A stretch of DNA of 64,000 nucleotides from Adineta vaga (Eukaryota > Animalia > Rotifera), in NCBI GenBank assembly GCA_021613535.1, contig CP075496.1, positions 8,990,001 through 9,054,000 of the forward strand. Direction: 5' to 3'. Of this stretch, positions 25,485-36,637 are shown piece by piece. The translations under genes were made by a program, and so were the position numbers. The stretch's first letter is position 1. Each line of letters opens with the position of its first letter. The notes under the pieces were generated by a model that saw only the letters and a program-made list of their open reading frames with translations, was not told the DNA's origin and ran no database searches.

Positions 25485-25920
25485 ATTTTAAACGTCTTGT
25501 TGAATAGATGATGTCTCCTTTAATCGACAAATAAATAAATTCACAAGAGAAAAATAAAACTATTGAAACATACCTTGCTTATATATCAGTTATTCAGGAG
25601 AAAAAATGAAGGTGTTAAAAGAACATATCACCTACGTACGTTCTCATAATAATGTTTTTCTTTCGTTGAGAATACGACGTATGATTGTACAAAAAAACAG
25701 TCAACAAACGTTTATTGTATAATCAATGTCTTTCGATTAATAAGATAATATTTCATGTGCTCCAATGGGTGAGTGGATAAAATAAAAATCGAAACCTATC
25801 TTTAATCATCATAAATAAGTCATACTCTTCTACATACACGTATAGAACATGTATTTAGTAAATGGAAAAAACAACACTCTATTCGACTTTTCTTTGTTGT
25901 TTAACGAGACAATTTTCTTG

Positions 25921-26592
25921 TCAAATGCAGTTTTCAAGATATTTGTTCATATAGATAATACTCAAAATTGTAGCTAAAAGTATAATATAATTTAAGAATA
26001 TACAAACAAATGTAAATTGATAAAGTGTTTTATGACAATAATTTGATGATTTCAATGTATCATCGTAATTAAGACGATTATAAATATTAAGTGTCCATAC
26101 ACTACCAACGATGATCCAGACAAAGATTAAGATCACAATGCAGAAGATTTTGAATAATTGACGTCGTTCAATCAATGTAATTATTGCCAAAATGAATAAG
26201 TTTATGTGAGCTACGAGAGAGATAATTCCAAGGATAGAAAGAAAAGTTGGAATGTTTGGTTGAATAGAACATTGACTGGAATATTCATTACTATTATGAA
26301 TTTCTTCAATTGCTAAAATAATAAATCCAATAATACAAACAGCAAAGAGTGTAGATAAACTCATTGTATGTCCTAAATATTTAACTAGAGTTTCGAATGA
26401 AGGTTTATTACCATCAGATTCGTTTGACTGTCGTTGCCGACTCCAGAAACCAACTCTTTTTGTGATAACAGAATTTGCTGCCGTATTCTTTCCTTCAGTA
26501 TTTTTTACATTTTGCGATGTTGATGCATAATTATTTCGTTGATTTTGGCCAATTAATGATTTTAATGGTGTTGCTAATTCAATCGTACTCAT
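25921..26592 (-). CDS. TMEM272-like 4-TM protein
   Basis: CSIQPNIPTFL.ILG, WIIVGSVW, NYCHKTLYQFTF; four hydrophobic segments. Confidence 0.7.
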   Translation of the reverse strand: MSTIELATPLKSLIGQNQRNNYASTSQNVKNTEGKNTAANSVITKRVGFWSRQRQSNESDGNKPSFETLVKYLGHTMSLSTLFAVCIIGFIILAIEEIHNSNEYSSQCSIQPNIPTFLSILGIISLVAHINLFILAIITLIERRQLFKIFCIVILIFVWIIVGSVWTLNIYNRLNYDDTLKSSNYCHKTLYQFTFVCIFLNYIILLATILSIIYMNKYLENCI

Positions 26593-27349
26593 GCTCTATC
26601 TCTTACAAGAAATATATTACAAATCTATGTTTCTCAGTTTTCAAAGGCACGAAACTTTATCTTCATCTGCCTATTAACATGATAACTAATGAGTGTCAGT
26701 ATAAACTGCAACGATGTAGTTATACATAGACTTACCAAAATAGAAGAATAGAGAAAAGCATATTTATCACTTTTCTTTCTGTTTTTCTTTGAATATTATG
26801 TAGAAAGTGAGGTAACCTTGTCGCTTAAAATTGATCAAACATTAGCGACTAATTAGGTAGATTTCTATCATCTCACCTGAAATTTTTTATGATACAAACG
26901 AATTTATAAATTTTAAACTTTCGATTATAACAAGGAAGAATAAATTTTGAATAATTCGTTTATATTTGACGACAAAAAAAATGATAATTGACCTCATATA
27001 TAGATCAGACTAAGAATCATAAATAATTATATTATATTGAGAATAGAGTGATTTATTTTAGTGAAAAGAAAGCGCACAGATGTTTTATGGAAAGTCAGTA
27101 CCTATTTCTAGAAAGTAGATGTTTTTAGACAACAAAGAATAGACCGACGCCTTTAAATTTTCTAGATAACTTTGAAAATATTTTACAACATGGCAATGTA
27201 ACATATAATGCAAAACTATCTAAAATCGAGCGTAGAATAAAGAAAATAATACTTATGAAAAGTTTCAATAGTATTTTTTACATGAAACAGCAAAGACTGA
27301 ATACTTGTCTTGTTTATTTTTAAAATATAATGAATATCATATACATTTG

Positions 27350-27650
27350 CATGATTCTCAATGCAGACAGAGCTTATCAATATTCATGGATCGATTCACC
27401 TTCTTTCATATTTCGCAATTCGTCATCAACACAAATGTGACATACAATGTGATTATCAGTAGCATAGTCACAAAGATATTCTTCACGAGAAGCGATGTAC
27501 AGAGTGTAATGCCGACGTGTATATCCAAATTGATGACAGTCAAATTGAAATTCTTTACAGAAGGTATATTTTTATATGACCCCTCGATTTTTCGAGTTGG
27601 ATCAAGTATAAAAAGAATGATGATCGAGATGATAGTTCGAATATTCAATA
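27350..27650 (-). pseudogene. Possible disrupted small secreted Cys-containing protein
   Basis: Hydrophobic leader (IRTIISIIILFIL), then after a frame change CKEFQFDCHQFGYTRRHYTLYIASREEYLCDYATDNHIVCHICVDDELRNMKEGESIHEY and tandem stops. No ATG at the leader. Confidence 0.3.
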
Positions 27651-28069
27651 GAGTTACGACAAAAAGTGAATATAAAATGAAACTGTATTATTTCTGCTCT
27701 ACTTTTACTATTATTTATTTTTGATAATTAGAGATAATTGGTAAGATTTTTTATTATCTTAGCAGTGTTTATTCTATCAAAAATGAAATGTATGTAAGAT
27801 TATTATTTATCACTATTCAGTAAAAGAGCATTGTTTGATCAGTTGGCGATCTTGAATTTTGGAATCGTTTACAAATAGAGTTTGTAGCATGTATCTCAGA
27901 GTGAAGAATAGAACTGTAAACATCTATTTCAGAATTAGCCATTGCTGAATCTTGATTTCTTTATGTGCTCAGTATATGGCGATGGAAAATTTTATTCAAG
28001 TAATAAATAAGTATGAGAAAAATGAAAAATATCATGATGATGAAGTCAAGTTGATTGTTTTGTTTTTCG

Positions 28070-29295
28070 TTAGATGAAATGCCAAACAATATCAGCATGG
28101 CCATCACCAAGTTCACCTGCAACGGCGAGAAAACCGTCATAAGTTAAAGCGATTTCACCTAAAATAATCGATTGTAAAACTATTATTATTGGTAGCACAG
28201 CGGTATTTACCTTCTTTACAACCAAGACAGCGATCTACAAATCGAACAATGATTTCACCATTAGCTCCTTTGGCAATAGCTTTCTTTTCACAAATAGGAT
28301 TAGTACTTGGAATACCATCTTTAGTATATGGATCAAACTGTGCTTCATTAAGAGCTGCTGTATAAATTTTCTGATCATCTTCATCTAGTGAAAGAGCACG
28401 ACTTAGACCACATGTGCTATACTCGTAACTAGCCTTAGTTTCATTGTAATATCGTGCTTGACTTCGAAATTCACCCTCGAGTGAAGCAGGCTGTATTCTA
28501 GGCATGAGTCTAGACCAAGTGCAATGAGCAGCAGTCGAACCACAACTGAAATAGACGAAAATTTGATTGAGAAATCAATGTATTTATGCGATTACATACT
28601 AGCCATGTTTGGAACAGCAAAGACCGGCACCACAACCACTGGCGCCACAGTTTCCATAGCTAGCTCCTGCACCGGTGCCTGCACCTGCCACTGCTCCTCC
28701 ACAGTGAGCAGCTGTGTTTCCACAACTACAGAATAGAAATGTGATGTAATTATATACATGTATATATATATATATGTATGAGCGGATTGATTTAGTCTTC
28801 ATCACTTACAATCCATGTAGAGCAGCATGAACCTGCTGGACATCCTGCTCCACCACAGCTACCACTTCCTGGATTGACAACGACATAACCTCCACCAGCA
28901 CCAGCGCCTGCACCACCACAATGTTCTGCAGTAGTACCACAACTTAATGAACACAAAAATAAAATGTCTTCGAAGAGATAAATGAATTTGCATACTAGCC
29001 GTATTGAGAACAGCATTGTCCTGCTGCACATCCAACAGTTCGACAATTACCTCCAGCGCCTGCACCTGCACCGGCACCTGCACCTGCTCCAGCACCTGCC
29101 GCACCACAATAAGTAACGCCACTACCACAATAACCGTATGCCGAACAACACATACCATCTGCACAACCACTGACCAAACAGTTGCCCGCTAAGTAGAAGG
29201 AAAATATTTTAATGATCTTACTAATCTAGTTAAATTCAGTTACCAGCACCATACACCATGGAGAGCAAGAGAAGACCTACGCTAGTAATCAGCAT
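28070..29295 (-). pseudogene. Secreted 4x hevein (CBM18) chitin-binding + RlpA/expansin-like DPBB domain protein; 6 exons; 2-nt deletion in repeat 3 as assembled
   Basis: Signal peptide MLITSVGLLLLSMVYGA; four C-x4-C-x4-CCS-x-(Y/H)G(Y/F)CG-x4-(Y/H)C repeats with Gly/Ala linkers; C-terminal STCG...AALN..QFD...NPIC...VDRCLGC..GDIAL...IVWHF. Repeat 3 reads TCT A CAT GGA TT|gt, out of frame with the next exon. Confidence 0.8.
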
Positions 29296-29949
29296 TGTTA
29301 TCTGCGTACGTATGCGAACGCCGAAGTAAATGTTTTGGATAAAAAGTAAATCTGATGGACTATTTATTGTGTCCTTAGTCGATAACCCTTTGTTTTCTCG
29401 ATTAATGAAATAGTCCGATTGAAATATGTTAAGCTATGAACAAATGTTTACAAGGTAATGAGTATATCACAAGAAAATATCCTATAGAAGCGAAAGGTTA
29501 AGATTTACACAGAAATAGATAAGAAGTAGATTAAGCTATTGACTAACCTATGAATAATAACGTGCGAAGCAGTAATCCATTTGAAAAAGCAGTATAGAAA
29601 AGTTGTTTCCCTTCATCCTTTATCTCTTATCTGCACATGGTATTGCAAGCAACGAAGTGATTACTAATATTTTTTCTATTTGATTAATACTAGAAGAGAT
29701 CAATGAAAGGAGAGGAAAAAAAGCATGTTATTTTAATTTATTCATGCTTTAGACTTGACCTTTTTTGCGTATCGATCAGACTAAGATCGTATTGTAGACA
29801 ATAACTACGAAAGTACTATTTGCATTATTCCATTTTTGTAGCATATGACATCAACTTTCTTCGTATGATTTCGAATAAGTTATCGTAAGAAAATGAATAG
29901 AGAATTGATTTATTTATGTGCGATCCTGAATGATAATATAGTCACAATA

Positions 29950-30930
29950 AAATACCGATTAGAAAGTGGTGTTAGATGGCTGCATTTCGGAACTTTAGAA
30001 AATGGATCACTTTTACGATTTATTAACGAACGTGTTCCTTTGATAGAAGCTTCCAGAAGTGAACCGATGCGAATGATGACGAAATTTTTGTAAATGCCTG
30101 TTTGATACTAACCCCACGTTGATATTGTTCGTCAGCATTGTTATCAAATCACCATTGACCAAAAGAACAAGCAGCAACAGAATGAATAATATTAGCAAAA
30201 GTCATTACTCACCAATAGTAAACCAATAGTACAATAGCATCATAAGATTCTATGTGAAAGTCTAGTTTACCTGGTCTACTCTTATTACTATGTTGATCTA
30301 GAGCATGTGGAATACTAACTTTCAATCAGAGATAAAAAAAGATAAGCTTGATGAATTCAAGAGTGAATATACTAAATACCACCAATAGTAACGATGGATA
30401 TCACTGAAAACCGCACAGTCTACTCTTAAATGAGCTTCAGCAAAACAAATACGTTTTCGAAGAAAAATATGAATGGTACAATAAAACCGCTAAAGTAAAA
30501 TCCACGTAAAACGTCGACAGCAATTGCAACTTCTATGGCGAGACTGATGATAATAGAGATAATAATAATTCGTGCAGCAGATACTTGTAAAAGAAAAGGC
30601 GTGCTGATGATTGATGTAATAAAACTAGTTATTGCGGGGCCAAGTAAAATATAAACTAAGGTCTTGCTATAAAAATTAAACAGTGATTCTATTTGATCAT
30701 CAATTTTTCCTTGAAATAGATTTTGTGTGTCGAAAACTGACACAATCGGCATACCTAGTATCAAACCGGCAATACCAAATCCAATATCTTTCCATCCACT
30801 ACTGAAATCAACCTTTGGATATTCATATCGATGAGGAAGATCATTATTTGTTTTACTGTTTCTTCGTCATAAAATTTAAGAGGTACATTAGCACATCGAC
30901 ATTTTCGTCTGAAATAATCTTGTCAGTCAT
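29950..30930 (-). pseudogene. Choline transporter-like (CTL/SLC44/PNS1) remnant
   Basis: GWKDIGFGIA near the N-terminus, several TM segments, and a frameshifted AFTK../IGSLLEA matching the family RAxTxxFGSICxGSL motif. Several stops and frameshifts; much shorter than intact members. Confidence 0.55.
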
Positions 30931-32193
30931 GTTAGACACAATAAACAATTCAATCTACATAATAGAATTTTCCAATATCTCTCGTGAGACGTTGAGAAAT
31001 ACCTGATATATTTATGATAGTTACTGTTTAAAAATGAAACAGTATTAGAAAAGAAATCTTCATTAGGTTCATGTCGTTACAAGAAAAAATATACCAGACT
31101 TCATAATATCTCTAACTTATAGTCTCGTGGTTCACATCAATGTTTTCTACTTTAGAAAGAGTAAATAAAAATAAAATAAAGATGAATAGATCACCCGGAA
31201 TACGCGACCAACACATTAACTGAGAGAAACGACATAAAACCAAATAACGAGAAGAAAACTCTTTGTAAATTACAAATTTTTACAAATTCTTCGTTTATTT
31301 TATGAATTAAGTGTTGAGGAGAATATAGAAATTGATTAAACTTGAAAAAATATAAAGAATAATTTAATATGGAATGTTGTGATGTTCTGTTCTGAGCAAA
31401 ATACGATAATATTCATATTTGATTGATAAGTTGAATTTTTTATAATTAATAAGAAAAACGTAAATATTTTCTTTTCTATGTATTTCTATATAAATCACAT
31501 AAAAATGTAGAGAATTTAATAAATTTTGTAAAAAAAATATATAGTGAAGCTCAGTCAAGAAGTAGATGGCAAGGAATTTTGTTTGATAAACGTTTTTAAT
31601 ATGTTAAATTGCGAGAAAGTATAATTTGTAGAAATATCATTCTAATGATTCATTTGTTAATATAGCAAAGCATTTTTTACTGCTGATGTTACTATCTATT
31701 TTTTAATGCATACGACTTATTTCAACTATTATTTTATTATCTCATACAACAAATGAAATAAAAAGTACAGAAATAAAGCAGAATAAATGCGAGTAGGTGA
31801 TCTATACGCAGACATATATTTACATCTTTGTCATAAAATAATTCCCATAGAATACCTTTCTGTTTCTGGTAGTTATAGACATTGTGCGTTGTATGTAATG
31901 TGGCAGCCATGGTTATACGTCATAAAGCACAAAGCAATCGAACAAACAAGTAGAGTAAATATACGCGTGAAAGAGATCGTGGAAGAAAAGAAAAGGAAAG
32001 AAATGTTGCATGATCATTTAGTAATGTGTTTAGACTACTCTGTTTGCCTGTTATAAAAAAAGATTTTTCTTTTTTATTCTCCCTTTTTTGAAAAATTCGA
32101 ATACGAGAACACGCAATTTTCGTCGAAAAAAAGGATACCAATAAGAAGGACTTGTCTATTTCATCATACAGCGAATATAGATCATTTGAACAC

Positions 32194-34678
32194 ATGGCTA
32201 TTGCTCAACGCTTTCTTACTACTGACAAAGAACCTATTAATATTTGTCCAACTGCTATTGATCTTGAAGATACCATCATCCTTTCATTAGAAAAAGCTAT
32301 CGTTTCGGTAAAAGATCAAGTAAAAGCGGTTACAAATATGGTTAGTGCTGTGAAGACGAAATCGAATAGAGTGATGGATGATCTTACTGTAGATGAATCT
32401 GCTTCTATTTGTCTTTACACAATGGAACAACTAAACTTAGAAAACAGTGTCTGTACTAAATTGAATCGAGCACTTTGTGCAAAAAATCGATACTCATTAA
32501 GCTATTGGCTTCCTTTCTTAAAACTGCTGGTTTCTGCATTAAACAAACTACCACGAATTGCATGTACAGTTTACCGTGCGGCACGTGTTGATTTGACAAA
32601 TCAATACAAAGAAAATCAGTCTATTTGGTGGTGGGGTTTCAGCTCATGTACTACATCAAAGAAGAATATTGAACAATTCGTTGGTACAAGCGGTAAACGA
32701 ACTATATTCAAGATCGAATGCATCAATGGTCGAAGTATCTCTGATCATTCCTTTTCGGAAACTGAAGATGAGGTTCTATTAATGCCTGGTACTTGTTTGC
32801 GCGTAACGGGTAAAAAAAATATAGGGAAAGGCATAAATGTGATTTCTTTGCACGAAGAATCAGATGCGCACGAGGAAAATGTTTCAATCAACACTACGTC
32901 ATCGACGATTCCTAAGAATACTTCATCGAAAAAAGTTCACGCCACAACTACAGATCAGACAGATGGTAAGATATTTTGTATGTTACCGTCTCTATCTTTT
33001 CACAATACTACATTAAATTAATCTCTTTCCTTACAAACTTTGATGTTGTTTTAGCCACACATAATTCATCAAGAAATCATCCTGCTTGTCGATTTTTCGC
33101 AGGTCAGTAACGAATGATATAAGACGAATATACATCAGACTAATACATTTGATCTTTAGATCAACAATGGTTTGAGTGTCAGTATCATAAGGATGACAGT
33201 CAATCAATAATAAAACCCAATGAATTGGAAAACAGTTTAGAGGATCCTCCATCTGGAATACATCCAGAAATCGGCGATCGCATTCAAGGATCATTCATTG
33301 GAATGTCTTTGGGTGATGCACTTGGTGCTCATGTAGAGTTTCGACCAAGGCAATTTCTTGAAGAGCATCCTGTAACAGATTTAGAAGCAGGTGGAACGTG
33401 GGGTCTGGAAAAAGGGCAGGTAAGACATTACATACAGAAAGGGGAGAATTGATTATCAAGTTTTAACTCTTGCACGAGGTCATAAAAGGATACTTATGTA
33501 AACATTTATCTTAGTTCACCGATGATACATCCATGGCTCTGTGTTTAGCTATTTCACTTGTGGTTCGTCATGATTTTGTTCTTTATGATCAGTTAGTACG
33601 GTACAAATGGTGGTTTAAAAATGGTTACATGTCATCAACAGGTTCTTGTTTTGACATTGGTGCAGCGACTAAACAATCCATAATTGAATTTGAACATCGT
33701 CAAAAAGAATTTGCAAAGGCACACGATATTCCTCTTGCTCAACTCGACTTTCTGTCGGATGCTCATCTGCTCAACGATTTTAATGTTTACTGCAGTAACG
33801 ATAGTGTAGCCGGCAATGGTGCTCTAATGCGATTAACTCCTGTACCTTTGTTTTTCTATAATTTTCCTGAATATGCTGTCGAATTATCTGGTCAAAGTGG
33901 ACTAATTACTCATGGTGATAAAAAAGCTTATGATGCTTGTCGATATTATGGTGCTCTAATTGTCGCTGCTGTTCGAGGCGAAACGAAAGACAAATTGACC
34001 GATGATAACTTCTATTTTAATCACGAGAAATGGTTCAATAATCAATCACTTTGTCCAGAAATCATGAAAATTGCTCAAGGATCGTATAAAAAGAAAGGTG
34101 GATACGATGCAGGTATTCGAGGCAAAGGATACATTGTTGATGCACTTGAAGCTGCCTTGTGGGCTTTCTACTATGACAAAGGTTCTTTTAAAGCAGGAGC
34201 ATTAGATGCAGTCAATCTTGGTGATGATACTGATACAACAGCTGCTATTTACGGTCAATTAGCTGGTGCTTGCTATGGCTACAGAAATCTGCCTCCAGAG
34301 TGGGTAAAACAAGTTTATGCGAAAAACTTTATCATCTGTGTAAGCAGATGGATTGCTTCTGAAGGAAATAGATGGAATCCAAAAATGTCTATAGCTAAAA
34401 AGTTTCTTCCAACTTTACAAGATAACGAAGATCCGACAGATTTCATACCTCCACGAAAGCCCATAGATGCTACCAAACCAAAGGAAAACCACAATGGTAA
34501 TCATCCAACTGCAAAGCAACCTATCAAGGCGACATCTTCGCTAAAAACTCCATCTCAACCTTCAGTCCCGAAATCAAATGTGAACAAAACGAAGTCTATA
34601 CCAGGAGCAAGCTTTAATACACCCCGTGTATCCTGTAAAGGTGGGAGTGGTGCGTCATCTAAGAAGGGTTTTAAATAA
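32194..34678 (+). CDS. Fusion of NAD+:arginine mono-ADP-ribosyltransferase (R-S-E clade) and ADP-ribosylglycohydrolase (DraG/ARH); 4 exons, ~747 aa
   Basis: Exons 32194-32965, 33055-33102, 33160-33419 and 33515-34678 join in frame (2244 nt) through GT-AG introns. ART motifs VYR, FSSCT, EDEVLL. ARH motifs GDALG, FTDDT, GNGALMR, TH, GDDTDT. Confidence 0.88.
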
Positions 34679-36637
34679 CCACAACTCAATTAAAAACCGT
34701 AGACAGCATAGAAGCGAAGTCTTGCGCTAAAACATTTACACTTTTTTGTAACAACTTTCTATGTGACAGTTTTGTTTCTTCCACTATTATTTTGAATATA
34801 TTCGATTTTAATAGTATGCCTACTCAATTTTTCCAATGAGAGAGTTAACGCAAGGAAATTAGTGTGTACACCATCACTCTAGTGTCAGAAAAAGCAGAAT
34901 GTAGTTGTGGTGAATCATAGTAATAGAAAGATAAGTATGTATGGTATCAGCCTTGAGGCGAACTACCAAATTTATCAGGGAATTAAAATTAATCGCAAAC
35001 TGATTTCGTATTCATATTGGATCGGAATAAAATTGCTTATGTTTGTGAATTATGTGCCTAACAAAATTCATTAGTAATTTAGTGATCGAACATCAAATCA
35101 TTTTCTATACGATATATAATCTCTTACCATGCAAAAAAAGGATAAATTGAAAATTCTTTTACTTTTTACTCGATAAAGATCTGTAAATGATAAACAAGTG
35201 GAGAAAATAGAAATCATATCCATCTCAAAGCTTACCTTAGCAAAAGTAGTATGAAATTACTGTAATATAATAGTGGTTCAAATTGGAAACTAACTCATTA
35301 TATTACCACTATAAATAAAAAGGAAAGATGCATTATACTATGTTCATTGGAATTTTTCTGAAATGTGAAAATGATATTGACGACACAGATAATTCCTCGC
35401 AAACTAACTTAGTCGTGAAATATCTTCTTCAAATTAAACTCACTAGAACAGTACTACAGTAAGCAATTCTTCAAGATTAGTGAAAACCAAAACCTATCTT
35501 ATTCCCTGTGGCGTTGAGTCCGAAGAAACTAGTTCCTCTTCAGAAATCAGTTGCCATCGGTTCGGGAAACTCGATCTGTGTCTTGTAGATTTCGTTTAGC
35601 GTATGGCGATCAGGTTGGGACAATTCTTGAGAACTTGATGGTAGGACAGAACTGGTTTTCAAATGTTCAACATCGCAGAACAGAATGCTTAGAAATGATT
35701 CACGTTTACCAGACTTTCAAAGAGAGAAATAAAATACATTGTGGACAAAACCTCAACAAAAACAACCCGTTTAAGTAATAATGCTCTATGATTTAACTTC
35801 AATCCTGTTTTGCGAAAGAACACCATAGTGTAGTTTATTATTTTGTCGTTATCAAATTCTTATCGATTTTGACTGTTGTATATCTATTTTAATGACGATT
35901 TAAACGAATACTTAAGTCACTATATCATCAATATAGGGAAACAACAAAACAACATGGAATATGCATATGAAAACATAATTCCTGGAAAATCAACGTACTT
36001 ATGAAATGTATTCGAATAATATCAAAGAAATGCAATGTTGAGTTACACATTCATTTCATATTGGACGAACGCAATCATTATGATTGACACTGTTTTAAGA
36101 TGAGTAGAAACTAAAGCTTTTGCTATCGCCTCGATACATATTATATGATGATTAAGACTGCGTTCGAAAAAATACTATTTCTTTTTTCCACACGAAGAGT
36201 ATTTATATGAAACATACGATATACTCGCTAATATCATATTTCTCATAGAATATAGATTTGTGAATCTATCTTGTGTTTTTATTTGTTTCTAACTGATATA
36301 AAGGAGTTCATCAGTCTTGTGAGTTTAAAAACGCTTCTTGAGTTGTAAAACTTCATAAGTGAAAATATATCATTTTACAATACATATGTATTAATTGAAT
36401 ACACCTTTTTTATTTCTGAAAGAAAACGATGCAAATAATCAAAAAACATTATTAAATAATGAGAAAATTGGTGAAATGTGAAAACAACACTTTTGAATAT
36501 TGAATCATAGTGTAAAGCAAAATTTTAAAAAATGTTGATTGTTATCATTGTAAATTACACAAATAAGAGAGAAAGAAATTTTTATCTATTTACGAGTTAC
36601 GTTAAAGAATGACATATTGTTCTTATTTTCAAATTAT

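Noticed and set aside
28524-29192. Plus-strand Thr/Cys/Ser-rich ORFs and a GC-rich tandem repeat
   Set aside because: Antisense shadows of the Gly-Ala linkers and hevein repeats; no spacer structure, so not a CRISPR array.
32152-34678. ART and ARH as a two-gene bacterial toxin-antitoxin operon or contaminant
   Set aside because: Spliceosomal introns are needed to build the ARH active site (GQ|FTDD) and they link both domains in frame.
35480-35780. Less AT-rich patch with a 75-aa ORF
   Set aside because: No recognisable motif, splice structure or terminal repeats.
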